DNA of 64,000 bases from an uncultured Bacilli bacterium (lineage in GTDB: Bacteria > Bacillota_I > Bacilli_A > RF39 > UBA660): NCBI GenBank assembly GCA_934155645.1, contig CAKPHC010000007.1, forward strand, positions 9,475 to 73,474, in the 5' to 3' direction. The position numbers and the translations under genes are program-made. The stretch's first letter is position 1, and every line of letters starts with the position of its first letter. Positions 20,834-30,053 of the stretch are shown here, in pieces. Below the pieces are notes generated by a model, which made no database searches, was not told where the DNA came from, and saw only the letters and a list, made by a program, of their open reading frames with translations.

Positions 20834-22477
20834 TTAGTTAACTTTTATAACGTACGGATTATTAAGAGTTCCATCACCACTTGTAATTTCTGCAGTAGAT
20901 TTCAGATTGATGGTCGGGCGCACGCCATTCCTGATGTCCACGTAGTCGATGTCCACGCGACCCCCGGCCACGTTCCACACGATAGCGTCAGAGGCAGAGC
21001 GGTAGGGCGACATTGTCCAGGAAGGACTTCCATTTACTAGATAATAACTTTTATTCTCTATACCATATACTCCACCCGCATATGCTACTTCATCTGCTGT
21101 TATTAACCCTATTGGATATGTTAATGCTTTATTACCTTTTGTTGAAGTTGCTGTTGTATATAAATCATTACTTTGTGGACATTTAAATTGTGGTGTTTTA
21201 TTTAAATAAAGTCTATAATCAGCACCATAAATAGTAAGACCATCAACGCCATCACCACCACTTCTATCTCCACAAAATCCTATATCTACTAAATATGATG
21301 AATAAGTACTTAAATTTGCACTATACCATGTATCTATTGTTGTTTTTATTGCACTTGAATTGGTATTTTTATGAGTTTCAGCATATGTCGATGCACCTGT
21401 TGTTCCATACATATACCCTACATATGTAGCATCATTAGAGTTAGTATTAAACGCACTATTACCTATTGAATCTTGTTTGATTAATCTTATACTTCCATCT
21501 TCATTTATTCTTACTATTCGCCACAAAATTTCTTTTTTTCCCCATGTAGCGTATTCATTTGTATATGTTGTGCCTTCAAATTGAGAACACTTTTCACCAT
21601 TTACATCTCCTGAAATAATTGCACCTACACCATTTCTAGCAAGACAAACCTTTGATTCCTTACATTGACTCTCATTTGTCGTTGGATATTCACCTGCACC
21701 ATTAACATAGACAACCTCATTTCCATTATAAGTACATACATTTACTTTTCCAAATGATACATAGTTATTCTCCACTGCTCCTCTAAAGTAATATGTTGTT
21801 TTATTATCTTCGGTATTTGTACTTGTATAATATAGTCCTTTTCCATTTGTATCACTACTTATTTGTGAAAAATCTATATTTGTATCAGGCTGTGCTGTAT
21901 TATCTTTTAATATTGCTGCTGATAATCTTGTTGTTTTTATTATAGGGTTTTCTGGTGTCACGGTTTCGCTCATATCTTGTACATAATTAATATCAATGGT
22001 TAAAGTATTATCTGTTAAGGCTGGTTGAGTTGTTACATTAGAATCATAACTAATTGTTACGTTAAATGTAGAGGTTTGAGATTTTGCTAATTTGTCTCCT
22101 TTTTTTATTCCAGTTATTTCAAATTTAATAGCATCGCTTCCAGTTTCACTTGCTGTTATATCATTTATTATTGCATCTAATGTTCCTTGATTTGCTACTG
22201 TTATTTTGTAAACTATCTTATCCCCTGGACTTATTAAGTCAACATCAAAAGTAGCACTTGTACCTTCTGCTGTTGGAGCACTTGTTATTGTTACTCCACT
22301 TGTTTTAGATACTTCCTCAATTTTTGTAAATACTACTTTCCAAGTTGATGTAATATTTGCTGTACCATTAATAGTTAGATTCGTTGCAAAAGCTGCATAT
22401 CCTATTGCCATTACACATATTAAACAGCACATTGTTATCATAATTATTTTCTTACTCTTCATATACTTTTCTTCCAT
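20834..22477 (-). CDS. Secreted TasA-like N-domain protein with C-terminal DUF1566/Lcl-like domain; candidate DGR target (paralog 5)
   Basis: N-terminal MKSKKIIMITMCCLICVMAIGYA|AFATNLTINGTANITSTWKV plus LISPGDKIVYKITVANQGTLDAII, as in the four cluster paralogs. C-terminus has YPIGLITADEVAYAGG ... SWTMSPYRSASDAIVWNVAGGRVDIDYVDIRNGVRP, typical of DUF1566-type DGR variable domains. An alternative start at the second Met (22462) is possible. Confidence 0.7.
   Translation of the reverse strand: MEEKYMKSKKIIMITMCCLICVMAIGYAAFATNLTINGTANITSTWKVVFTKIEEVSKTSGVTITSAPTAEGTSATFDVDLISPGDKIVYKITVANQGTLDAIINDITASETGSDAIKFEITGIKKGDKLAKSQTSTFNVTISYDSNVTTQPALTDNTLTIDINYVQDMSETVTPENPIIKTTRLSAAILKDNTAQPDTNIDFSQISSDTNGKGLYYTSTNTEDNKTTYYFRGAVENNYVSFGKVNVCTYNGNEVVYVNGAGEYPTTNESQCKESKVCLARNGVGAIISGDVNGEKCSQFEGTTYTNEYATWGKKEILWRIVRINEDGSIRLIKQDSIGNSAFNTNSNDATYVGYMYGTTGASTYAETHKNTNSSAIKTTIDTWYSANLSTYSSYLVDIGFCGDRSGGDGVDGLTIYGADYRLYLNKTPQFKCPQSNDLYTTATSTKGNKALTYPIGLITADEVAYAGGVYGIENKSYYLVNGSPSWTMSPYRSASDAIVWNVAGGRVDIDYVDIRNGVRPTINLKSTAEITSGDGTLNNPYVIKVN
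20881..21010 (-). other. Candidate DGR variable repeat (VR) at the 3' end of the CDS
   Basis: About 58% GC in a ~27% GC genome. Aligns to the downstream TR with differences almost only at TR adenines. Confidence 0.6.
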
Positions 22478-22509
22478 TTCCTTCTCCGTATTTTATTTTA
22501 TCTATACTC

Positions 22510-22539
22510 ATTATACCCCCCCCCCTAGGAGTTTTGCAA
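22510..22539 (-). promoter_or_regulatory. Sigma-A-type promoter of the DGR-target gene with a G10 (plus-strand C10) homopolymer in the spacer
   Basis: On the minus strand: TTGCAA (22534-22539), then the 18-nt spacer aactcctaGGGGGGGGGG, then TATAAT (22510-22515). The RBS GGAGAAGGA and ATG lie about 25 nt downstream. Confidence 0.6.
22516..22525. repeat. C10 homopolymeric tract
   Basis: The only long G/C homopolymer in the window. It sits inside the promoter spacer. Confidence 0.9.
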
Positions 22540-22630
22540 GCATAAATTTTTTTCACTATTATATATAACCCATTATAATCTATAATTATGGAGAATTTTG
22601 TTGGTAAATTTTGCCATAAAAAAAACAATA

Positions 22631-23488
22631 TCAATTGATATTGCCTTTGCTTAAAAACTTTTTCATAGCTTTGTAATAGACTATTTCAATAATTCCTATT
22701 ACTAGAGTAATTACTCCTGCTTTACTAAAGATAACTGAAATATCTTTAGCAATGAAATCTGTAAATGCTTGTGGATAATTAGTAATTGTTATCATATTAC
22801 CAAGGGCATATCCTAGTGCGGTAAATATAGCTCCTGATATTGCAGTTGGTATTCCTATCCATATAGCAAATTTATAGGTTGACCAATTTATAAGAGCGAT
22901 TATTACAATTATTACTATTAGTATTACTAGGGTAACTATTTTAATTGTATCACTAAAGATAGTCCTTATTACTTTGATGTTGTTTAGTGCTTCAGTAGTC
23001 ATATTGTCTTCAATATCAATATTAGCAATTGCTTCTTTTGCTACTTTATCTACTTCATTTAGAATACCTTCTTTTTGTTCTTTACTTAGAGTGTATCCCA
23101 TTTCATTAGCAACGATATCTAAGTTTTTTTCTACAATATTGACTATTTCAGTGCTTGTTATTTTTTTTATTTCATTACCATATAAAATATTTTCTACTAC
23201 ACTTCCTGAATATTCTCCTAGTAATTCTTTAAATTCTTTTGAATTAACTACTCCATCGATTATTCCTCTATCAATATTATTATCATCTGCGATAGAATAT
23301 AAAGAATCTGATAAGTCATCTCCTAGCATTTCATTAATATTTGAGTATTCTACTAGTTCTTTTACATTTTCTTTAGTAAGTACTTTAGTTGATATTGTTA
23401 ATACTAAGTAAAGTACTATTCCTAGAAATAAGGTTATTGATAAAATGAAACTTAATACTTTTGATATAATATTCCATACTTTTTTCAT
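22631..23488 (-). CDS. Membrane protein, unknown function
   Basis: 285 aa with N- and C-terminal TM segments flanking a hydrophilic domain. Confidence 0.5.
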   Translation of the reverse strand: MKKVWNIISKVLSFILSITLFLGIVLYLVLTISTKVLTKENVKELVEYSNINEMLGDDLSDSLYSIADDNNIDRGIIDGVVNSKEFKELLGEYSGSVVENILYGNEIKKITSTEIVNIVEKNLDIVANEMGYTLSKEQKEGILNEVDKVAKEAIANIDIEDNMTTEALNNIKVIRTIFSDTIKIVTLVILIVIIVIIALINWSTYKFAIWIGIPTAISGAIFTALGYALGNMITITNYPQAFTDFIAKDISVIFSKAGVITLVIGIIEIVYYKAMKKFLSKGNIN

Positions 23489-24084
23489 TACTTTTCACCT
23501 CTATTTTTTATAATTAATTCTTTTACTTTTTCCATTAATTCATTATTTGCTGTTGTTAAATCATCTGTTTTAATTTTATATGGTTCTCCAAAACATATAG
23601 TTATACTGTTTTTCTTAAATAATTTATATTTACCAGTTATGGAGAAAGGTACTATAGTACTGTTGGTTTTAGTTGCCATAGAAACAGCTCCATATTTAAA
23701 TGGCATAATTATATCTTTAGTTTTATTAAATGTTCCTTCTGGAAATATTCCAATTAATTCATCTTTGTTTAAAACTTCTATAGCTTTTTCTAAAGCATTA
23801 TGGTCTTTAGTCCTTCTATTTACAGGAATACACGCCATGGCTTTAAAGAAATATTTACCTAGTCCTTTAAACAATTCATCTTTAGCAAGAAAGTGAATTG
23901 TTCTTTTAGTAGTACAAAATAATAATGGTATATCCATAATATTAGTATGATTACCACATATTACTACTCTTCCTTTTTTAGGAATATTTTCTTTACCTAG
24001 AATTCTTGGCCTATAAAATATTAGAAATAAATATTTAGTAATTGGTCTTAATATTCGATATAAAATATTATGTTCTTTTTTCAT
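23488..24084 (-). CDS. plsC: 1-acyl-sn-glycerol-3-phosphate acyltransferase
   Basis: NHxxxxD acyltransferase motif (CGNHTNIMDIPLL) and the FPEGT motif. Confidence 0.8.
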   Translation of the reverse strand: MKKEHNILYRILRPITKYLFLIFYRPRILGKENIPKKGRVVICGNHTNIMDIPLLFCTTKRTIHFLAKDELFKGLGKYFFKAMACIPVNRRTKDHNALEKAIEVLNKDELIGIFPEGTFNKTKDIIMPFKYGAVSMATKTNSTIVPFSITGKYKLFKKNSITICFGEPYKIKTDDLTTANNELMEKVKELIIKNRGEK

Positions 24085-24117
24085 ATTCAGTCTCCTAATA
24101 ATAATATAATAACACTT

Positions 24118-24146
24118 AAATGTTCAAAAAAAAAGACCTTGCGGTC
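24118..24146 (-). terminator. Rho-independent terminator
   Basis: On the minus strand: AAGACC-GCAA-GGTCTT stem followed by T9. Downstream of the 668-aa surface protein gene. Confidence 0.65.
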
Positions 24147-26153
24147 TTAATTCCAATTATAGCTATATTCTACAACTGTTTCATTACCTTTTAGGTCTTT
24201 TATTGTAACGCTTCCTTGTTGTTCTTCAGTTGGTTCTGCTACACCTCTATTAATTATTTTTGTAAGAGTTGTTTTATCTTCTGATAATGCCCAACCTTCA
24301 ACTGCTTGGATTTCTTCATCTGCAATTACTGTAATAATTACTGAAGTTTTATCATCATTTTCATCTTTTAAGTAAGTAATAGATGCATTTGCAACTGGTG
24401 CAGTTTTATCAATTGAATCGATAATGATTGTTGCTGCATAATGTTTAGATTCAGTTAAGAATTCAACTAGTTCGTATTCTACATTTTCACTATAGTTTTT
24501 GTAGTATACAAATTTGTTTTCATCTGATAATGTTTCATCTAATGCCCAACCTTCCGGAATATCTTTTACTTCTTCTAGAGTTGTTACATATGCAGTTACT
24601 TCTTGAGTTACAGCATCTTGTTTATATTCTACAAATAATTCATCTAATTCAATGTCAATATTTATTTCAATTATACCTGTGTTGTTATCACTGTCAGTAT
24701 AAGATACTTCATATTTACCATTTGTACTATATATTTTTTCATATTTATATAGTTCGTTTTCTATTATTTCTTTCCAACCTTCTTCATCAAGAGTTAATTG
24801 TTTTAATGAAGTAATTGTTGCTTTTACTTTATTTGCTACTAGGTTTTCTAGTGTTAGGCTTGGATTATAAGTAACTTTATTTCCAATATAATTTAAATCT
24901 ATTGTTACATTAACTTTATTACCTGCAAGGTCTGATACTTGTAATTCTTCATAAGTATTACTTGTATATTCTCTAGTTAGAGTTAATCCATCTTCTGATA
25001 ATGTCCATCCTTGTAGTTCTTGTAATTTTTCATTAGAAGTAATAGTAACTGTTACTTTTTCAACTAATTCTGTTCCATCAGCAGAATATTCTACATTTAT
25101 TATTGGTGCTGTTCTATCGATTGTGAAAGTAACTATTGTTTTATTTCCTGCTTTATCTGTTGCAGTAATAACATAAATTCCTTCTTCTGATAAAACTGTT
25201 TCATCATTAACGAAACTTATTTCTTCACCATTTCGTGTTACAACTATTGTATCTAAGTTAACATCTTCGATTAGAACTGTATCACCATCTGGGTAATATT
25301 CTCCATCTCTTGGTCCATTTATTACGGGAGCAGTCTTATCAATAGTAAATGTTACTTGAATTGCTTTAGCTTCTTCACTATCTTCTACCACTATTAATGT
25401 ATAAGTTCCTTCTTCTGTAATAGCTTCTCCATTATATTCTTGTCCATTTAATAACATTGTATATGGTCCAAATTCAATAATTTCTGGTGTTACATCAGTA
25501 TTGAAGTATTGTCCATCAACAATATTATTAATTACTGGTTCTTTAGTATCTACTATTTTAATTTTAACTTCTTTAGACTCTACTCTACCATCACTAAATG
25601 TAAATGTATAAGTAATAGTAAATTCTCCTAAAGTTTCAGTAAAGAATTCATCTACTTCTGCTATTTCGTTCATATATTCAAATACGATTTTTTTAGTTGC
25701 AGTTATTTTATTACCATTATCATCTGTAGTTGCATCTGGTAAGTTGAATTCACTACCTAATTCTACTTCACTAGGTAAGTCTTTTAAATCTGACCAGATA
25801 TCCACTTCTTCTTTTACTGGTGTTACACTCGGTGTTGTTGGATTATTATTTACTGGTGGTTTTACTTCTTCTTCTTCTGTTGGTTTCTTATCATCATCTG
25901 GTTTTACAACAGGTTCTTCATTTTTCTTATCATCGTCTTTTGGTTTATTATCTAAACTTCTTACGTATGCAAAACCTCCAATTAAGATAGCTAATATTAA
26001 TATGATAATAAGTATTTTTTTCTTATCGTCAGAATCTTCATAATCACTATCTTTTATTATGTCTTGTTCTTTGACTATTTTTGTCTTCTTATTTTTTTCT
26101 TTCTCCATAGTATTTCCCCCTCTACTATACATACTGTAATTTAATTCTAGCAA
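24147..26153 (-). CDS. Surface protein with Pro/Thr-rich linker and repeated Ig-like domains
   Basis: Signal-anchor, a PTTPSVTP linker and three or more repeats starting DKTAPVINGPRDGEYY / DRTAPIINVEYS / TKEPVINNIVDGQYF. Likely true start at MEKEKNKK (GAGGGGG RBS). Confidence 0.6.
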   Translation of the reverse strand: MLELNYSMYSRGGNTMEKEKNKKTKIVKEQDIIKDSDYEDSDDKKKILIIILILAILIGGFAYVRSLDNKPKDDDKKNEEPVVKPDDDKKPTEEEEVKPPVNNNPTTPSVTPVKEEVDIWSDLKDLPSEVELGSEFNLPDATTDDNGNKITATKKIVFEYMNEIAEVDEFFTETLGEFTITYTFTFSDGRVESKEVKIKIVDTKEPVINNIVDGQYFNTDVTPEIIEFGPYTMLLNGQEYNGEAITEEGTYTLIVVEDSEEAKAIQVTFTIDKTAPVINGPRDGEYYPDGDTVLIEDVNLDTIVVTRNGEEISFVNDETVLSEEGIYVITATDKAGNKTIVTFTIDRTAPIINVEYSADGTELVEKVTVTITSNEKLQELQGWTLSEDGLTLTREYTSNTYEELQVSDLAGNKVNVTIDLNYIGNKVTYNPSLTLENLVANKVKATITSLKQLTLDEEGWKEIIENELYKYEKIYSTNGKYEVSYTDSDNNTGIIEINIDIELDELFVEYKQDAVTQEVTAYVTTLEEVKDIPEGWALDETLSDENKFVYYKNYSENVEYELVEFLTESKHYAATIIIDSIDKTAPVANASITYLKDENDDKTSVIITVIADEEIQAVEGWALSEDKTTLTKIINRGVAEPTEEQQGSVTIKDLKGNETVVEYSYNWN

Positions 26154-26206
26154 AGGTCTTAATTTAAAGTCAATATTCTTTACATAAAGTTTACAAAAAA
26201 TAGTAG

Positions 26207-26968
26207 TTATTGTCGAAAATACTTAGATAATTCTTCTTTTTCACTCCTAGTTTTATTTTTATCAAATATGACGTGTTTGTAATCTCTTGACATATTGCCA
26301 ATACTCTTAATAACCTTTATTTTGGGGAATTTATAATCTTTTATATATCTTTCAAGTAAGAATTTATTAAAGTAAAACTTCTCTTTTTTTAACTCATCTG
26401 TCAATTTACAAAATACTAGGATTATAACCATGAATAAACTTAAGGATAAATCCATTTCTTTTTTAAAAATAATTATAATAATACTAAGTATTACTAAGTA
26501 AGATATTCCTATAGTCATTTTAAAACTCTTTCTAAAAGATAGAAAATAATTCAAAACTATATTAAGAAGTTTTCCTCCATCTAATGGATATATAGGTAAT
26601 AGATTAAAAAATAAAATAGATAAATGATAACTCTTAAATAATTCTAAATTATTGTTTTCTAGAAAAAAAGTCATGATAAAAAAATATATAATTTGAATAA
26701 TAGGTCCTGCTAACATAATTAACAGTTCCTCTTTTTTAGGTTTATTTAAATCGTCATTAAATTTAGTGTATCCCCCATATGGATAGAAATATATTTTATC
26801 TACGTTCCATCCTAACAACTTGGCCATAGAATAATGTCCTAATTCATGAATAAAAATTATACTTGAAAAGAATATTACGTTTTTAAATAGTCCTGATGCT
26901 AAGGAAATAATAATGATACCTAAGTATAATGGATGAATATAACTTATTTTAAATATAGTCTTTATAAT
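26207..26968 (-). CDS. spoIVFB: SpoIVFB-like site-2 (M50) metalloprotease; HELGH motif lies upstream of the annotated ATG and there is no canonical start codon
   Basis: The C-terminal motif NLLPIYPLDGGKLL is in the listed ORF. Extending the frame upstream gives ...KISYIHPLYLGIIISLASG...IIFIHELGHYS, matching the B. subtilis SpoIVFB N-terminus, up to a stop at 26969-26971. Only ATT/ATA codons are available as starts, and the 5' end overlaps spoIVFA. Confidence 0.55.
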   Translation of the reverse strand: MIKTIFKISYIHPLYLGIIIISLASGLFKNVIFFSSIIFIHELGHYSMAKLLGWNVDKIYFYPYGGYTKFNDDLNKPKKEELLIMLAGPIIQIIYFFIMTFFLENNNLELFKSYHLSILFFNLLPIYPLDGGKLLNIVLNYFLSFRKSFKMTIGISYLVILSIIIIIFKKEMDLSLSLFMVIILVFCKLTDELKKEKFYFNKFLLERYIKDYKFPKIKVIKSIGNMSRDYKHVIFDKNKTRSEKEELSKYFRQ

Positions 26969-27554
26969 CTAGATATTTCCCTTCTTTTTGAAATACTAAG
27001 TAAAGTTTATCATCTATAGTTTCCCCTAATAAAGCACCTTTACTAACATAATCATATATTTTTATATCACCAATTGATACATTTCCATACCATACATCTA
27101 TTCCATTAATTTGTTGTACTATAATAGTATTACCATAGTTTTCTTTATTACCAATGAATACTACTATACCACTTTCAATAATAGGTACTAAATAATTATT
27201 ATTAACACTTAATTTAACTCCATCTTTGTATAAACTAGCTTCATTATATTTTAATTTCTCATTAAATACTTTCTCATCAGTAGGTGCTATATTATCAAAA
27301 GGTAATATATTTCCAAAATACTTTTTATATAAGTTATTGATATAAGCAAAAGAAAATTGGTCTTCATAAACAACCTTACCTATTTTATCTTTTAGTTTTG
27401 GATTTATTTTTATTACTATTAATAAACTAACGAATATAATTAGACATATTAATATTTTAGTTATCATTTTATAAAGAAATTTATGATTATTTGTACTTTC
27501 TTTAATATTCTTTTTCTTATTGTAAAATTTACTTAATTCTTCCACTATTATCAC
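26949..27554 (-). CDS. spoIVFA: SpoIVFA-like membrane protein with degenerate M23/LytM domain
   Basis: N-terminal TM and a C-terminal LytM-like GNTIIVQQINGIDVWYGNV segment. Upstream partner of spoIVFB as in Bacillus. Confidence 0.5.
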   Translation of the reverse strand: MIIVEELSKFYNKKKNIKESTNNHKFLYKMITKILICLIIFVSLLIVIKINPKLKDKIGKVVYEDQFSFAYINNLYKKYFGNILPFDNIAPTDEKVFNEKLKYNEASLYKDGVKLSVNNNYLVPIIESGIVVFIGNKENYGNTIIVQQINGIDVWYGNVSIGDIKIYDYVSKGALLGETIDDKLYLVFQKEGKYLDYKDYI

Positions 27555-27571
27555 CCATTATAAGGTATTAT

Positions 27572-28045
27572 CTAATAGTTAAATTTAGAACTTTTTTTAG
27601 TTATCTTATATAAAATTAATCCATATACTATGTTTAATAGTAATGAGTGTGTAAATTTATATAAGTAATTATTAAAGATAAAGTTATTGCTTAGTATTGA
27701 TAATATTAGAAAATATATTCCATCAAAGATAGTCATTACTATTAGTATTTCTAAAATTATGATGAAAAGATTATCTTCCAATATTTTTTTCATTAGTTTT
27801 ATACTTATCATTACACAAAAGAATAATATAAAAGATAATAATATATTACTCATGTATAGACTTCCATAAATAATAGATACCTCTAAATATAATTTTATAA
27901 AGTCTTTGTCATTATATAAGAATATTAAACATATTACTGTACACATTGGAGTAAAGTAAGTAAGATTATTTATATTATATAAAGTAATGTTAGGAATTAA
28001 TCCATCTAATAAAAGTGATATTAGTAATATTATTATCTTTTTCAT
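27572..28045 (-). CDS. mreD: Rod shape-determining protein MreD (putative)
   Basis: 157 aa polytopic membrane protein immediately downstream of and overlapping mreC. Confidence 0.5.
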   Translation of the reverse strand: MKKIIILLISLLLDGLIPNITLYNINNLTYFTPMCTVICLIFLYNDKDFIKLYLEVSIIYGSLYMSNILLSFILFFCVMISIKLMKKILEDNLFIIILEILIVMTIFDGIYFLILSILSNNFIFNNYLYKFTHSLLLNIVYGLILYKITKKSSKFNY

Positions 28046-28782
28046 TTAGATTTCCTTATTAAGACTGATACAAATCTAATATCATCTAAATTGCTTGTTC
28101 TTGTTATATAGGCTTTCTTACTTAGTCCAAATTTATCACTTTCTATTTTTGATACTTTTCCTATTGTAATACCTGATGGATATATATCACTTAATCCACT
28201 AGTGGTTACTATATCTCCAATGTTAAAAACATAATTATTATCTATTCCACTAATTATTAAATTATTATTATCATCTTGTTCTAAAATCTTATTGATACTG
28301 TTATTGTTACTCCAAAGTTTTACTGATATTTTATTATTACTTAAGTTACTAGTAATTAATTTTACTACTGAAGTAGTTAATCCTGGTTTTTCTATTCTTC
28401 CTACTAATCCATAACCATCTATTACTGCCATACCTTCTTTTAGATTATCTTTTGTTCCTTTATTAATAGTAATTTCGCTATTCCAATATGAGGTATTTCT
28501 ATTTATTACAGTCGCATTAACTATATCGAATTCTGTTAAGGTGTTATCTATTTTTAATACTTCTTTCATATCTTTTAGTTCTTGTTCTAATTCATTTTCT
28601 CTTTTAGAGAATACTATTTTTTCATTATTACTAGGTATGGCATGAATGGGAAAATAAAATATATCTTTAAGTATATAGGAAAAGTTCCAATTATATTTAA
28701 TAGAAAAAAATAGCATTATAAAAGATAATAATGCGGTTAAAATAATCATAATTATTCTTCGTTTAATTGCTAGTTTTTTCAT
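28042..28782 (-). CDS. mreC: Rod shape-determining protein MreC
   Basis: N-terminal TM, coiled coil, then beta-rich domain (GDIVTTSGLSDIYPSGITIGKV). Confidence 0.75.
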   Translation of the reverse strand: MKKLAIKRRIIMIILTALLSFIMLFFSIKYNWNFSYILKDIFYFPIHAIPSNNEKIVFSKRENELEQELKDMKEVLKIDNTLTEFDIVNATVINRNTSYWNSEITINKGTKDNLKEGMAVIDGYGLVGRIEKPGLTTSVVKLITSNLSNNKISVKLWSNNNSINKILEQDDNNNLIISGIDNNYVFNIGDIVTTSGLSDIYPSGITIGKVSKIESDKFGLSKKAYITRTSNLDDIRFVSVLIRKSK

Positions 28783-28790
28783 TAATCCTC

Positions 28791-29471
28791 CTAAATTATG
28801 CCATGGTCATTAAAACTGTAATAATCTTCATCCCCCATTATTATGTGGTCAAGAATAGGAATATTTTGGATTCTTCCTACTTCTACTAATGCTTTAGTAA
28901 ATACAATATCATCTTTAGATGGCGTTACATCTCCACTTGGATGATTATGCATACATATAATCCCTGTTGCTGATGATAAATATGCATATTTAAATACTTC
29001 CCTTGGATGTACTACACTTCGATTTACTGTTCCCATAAATAATAGTTTCCTTTCAATAAACTCATTTTTATTATTTAAATAAATGCAGTAGAAATATTCT
29101 TGTTTTTTATCAAGAAAGAGATTTTTATTATTTAAGTAAATATCTCTAGGATTGTTGTATTTTATTTTACTTGTTCTTTTCTCAATATTTATTCTTTTTC
29201 CTAATTCAATTGTTGCTAGAAGTTCTATTGCTTTTACTTTTCCTATTCCTTTTACTTCTAATAATTTATTTATTGTCATTTCTTTTAAATCAGTTATATT
29301 GTCAACTAAATTTAAGATATCTAGTGCTAGTAGTTTTACCGACTTGTTTTTTGTTCCTGTTTTTAAGATAATTGCTAATAATTCTTCATTTGATAAAGCA
29401 TTTACTCCTTGACTAAGCAATCTTTCTCTAGGACGTTCTTCTTCTTTTATGTCTTTTATAAGATAATTCAT
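28791..29471 (-). CDS. radC: RadC-like JAB/MPN domain protein
   Basis: HhH N-terminus and JAMM motif HNHPSG. radC precedes the mre genes as in Bacillus. Confidence 0.8.
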   Translation of the reverse strand: MNYLIKDIKEEERPRERLLSQGVNALSNEELLAIILKTGTKNKSVKLLALDILNLVDNITDLKEMTINKLLEVKGIGKVKAIELLATIELGKRINIEKRTSKIKYNNPRDIYLNNKNLFLDKKQEYFYCIYLNNKNEFIERKLLFMGTVNRSVVHPREVFKYAYLSSATGIICMHNHPSGDVTPSKDDIVFTKALVEVGRIQNIPILDHIIMGDEDYYSFNDHGII

Positions 29472-29514
29472 ATAATCCCCCCAATTATATTATTATCTTT
29501 ATCTTTTGAATTTC

Positions 29515-29964
29515 CTAATCTTCTAGGACGATTTCTTCATAACTTGATAGAATTACATCATTAATCGACATTATGTCTTCATTACTTGTTGCAGTATCTA
29601 ATAGAATATCAAATTGCTCTAAATTACTTATAAATTCTATATTATTAATTACACTTTTTTTGATAGTTACATCAATATTTTGTTCATGAAAGACATTAGC
29701 TACTTTTTTAGCATTATCTTTTTTGGTACTCATCCCTACATATACATAGTATTTTTTATTATTTTCAATTACTGTATAGTTTTCAATGTTAGTAATATGT
29801 TTTTGCATTTCTTCCTTGGAATCATATACACCTAATTGTAATAGATATGAATTGTATTTATTGTCTAGGTGTTGTTCTTTTTCATATTGTTTGTAAAAGG
29901 CGTTTCCTAGAATAAGTCCTGATAAGATAGCTAGAATTGTTAGAATTAAAAACTTTTTATTCAT
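29515..29964 (-). CDS. SPOR-domain membrane protein
   Basis: Signal-anchor plus LQLGVYDSKEEMQKH...YYVYVGM, which is SPOR-like. Confidence 0.5.
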   Translation of the reverse strand: MNKKFLILTILAILSGLILGNAFYKQYEKEQHLDNKYNSYLLQLGVYDSKEEMQKHITNIENYTVIENNKKYYVYVGMSTKKDNAKKVANVFHEQNIDVTIKKSVINNIEFISNLEQFDILLDTATSNEDIMSINDVILSSYEEIVLED

Positions 29965-30053
29965 ATATTATCACCACTATTATGATACAAAAAATGATAA
30001 TCGAAATGTGTCGAATAAAAAGGCAAAAGAAAAAAGTTCTTACGAACTTTTAA

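Noticed and set aside
22452-22634. 60-aa ORF overlapping the intergenic promoter region upstream of the 547-aa gene.
   Set aside because: It spans the poly-C tract and the promoter elements. It has no RBS and a translation that is not protein-like (contains PRGGG from the homopolymer).
29152-29412. Plus-strand ORFs 29152..29412 and 29171..29371 inside radC.
   Set aside because: They are low-complexity (poly-Leu/Phe) antisense ORFs in AT-rich DNA. The opposite-strand RadC with its JAMM motif is clearly the real gene.
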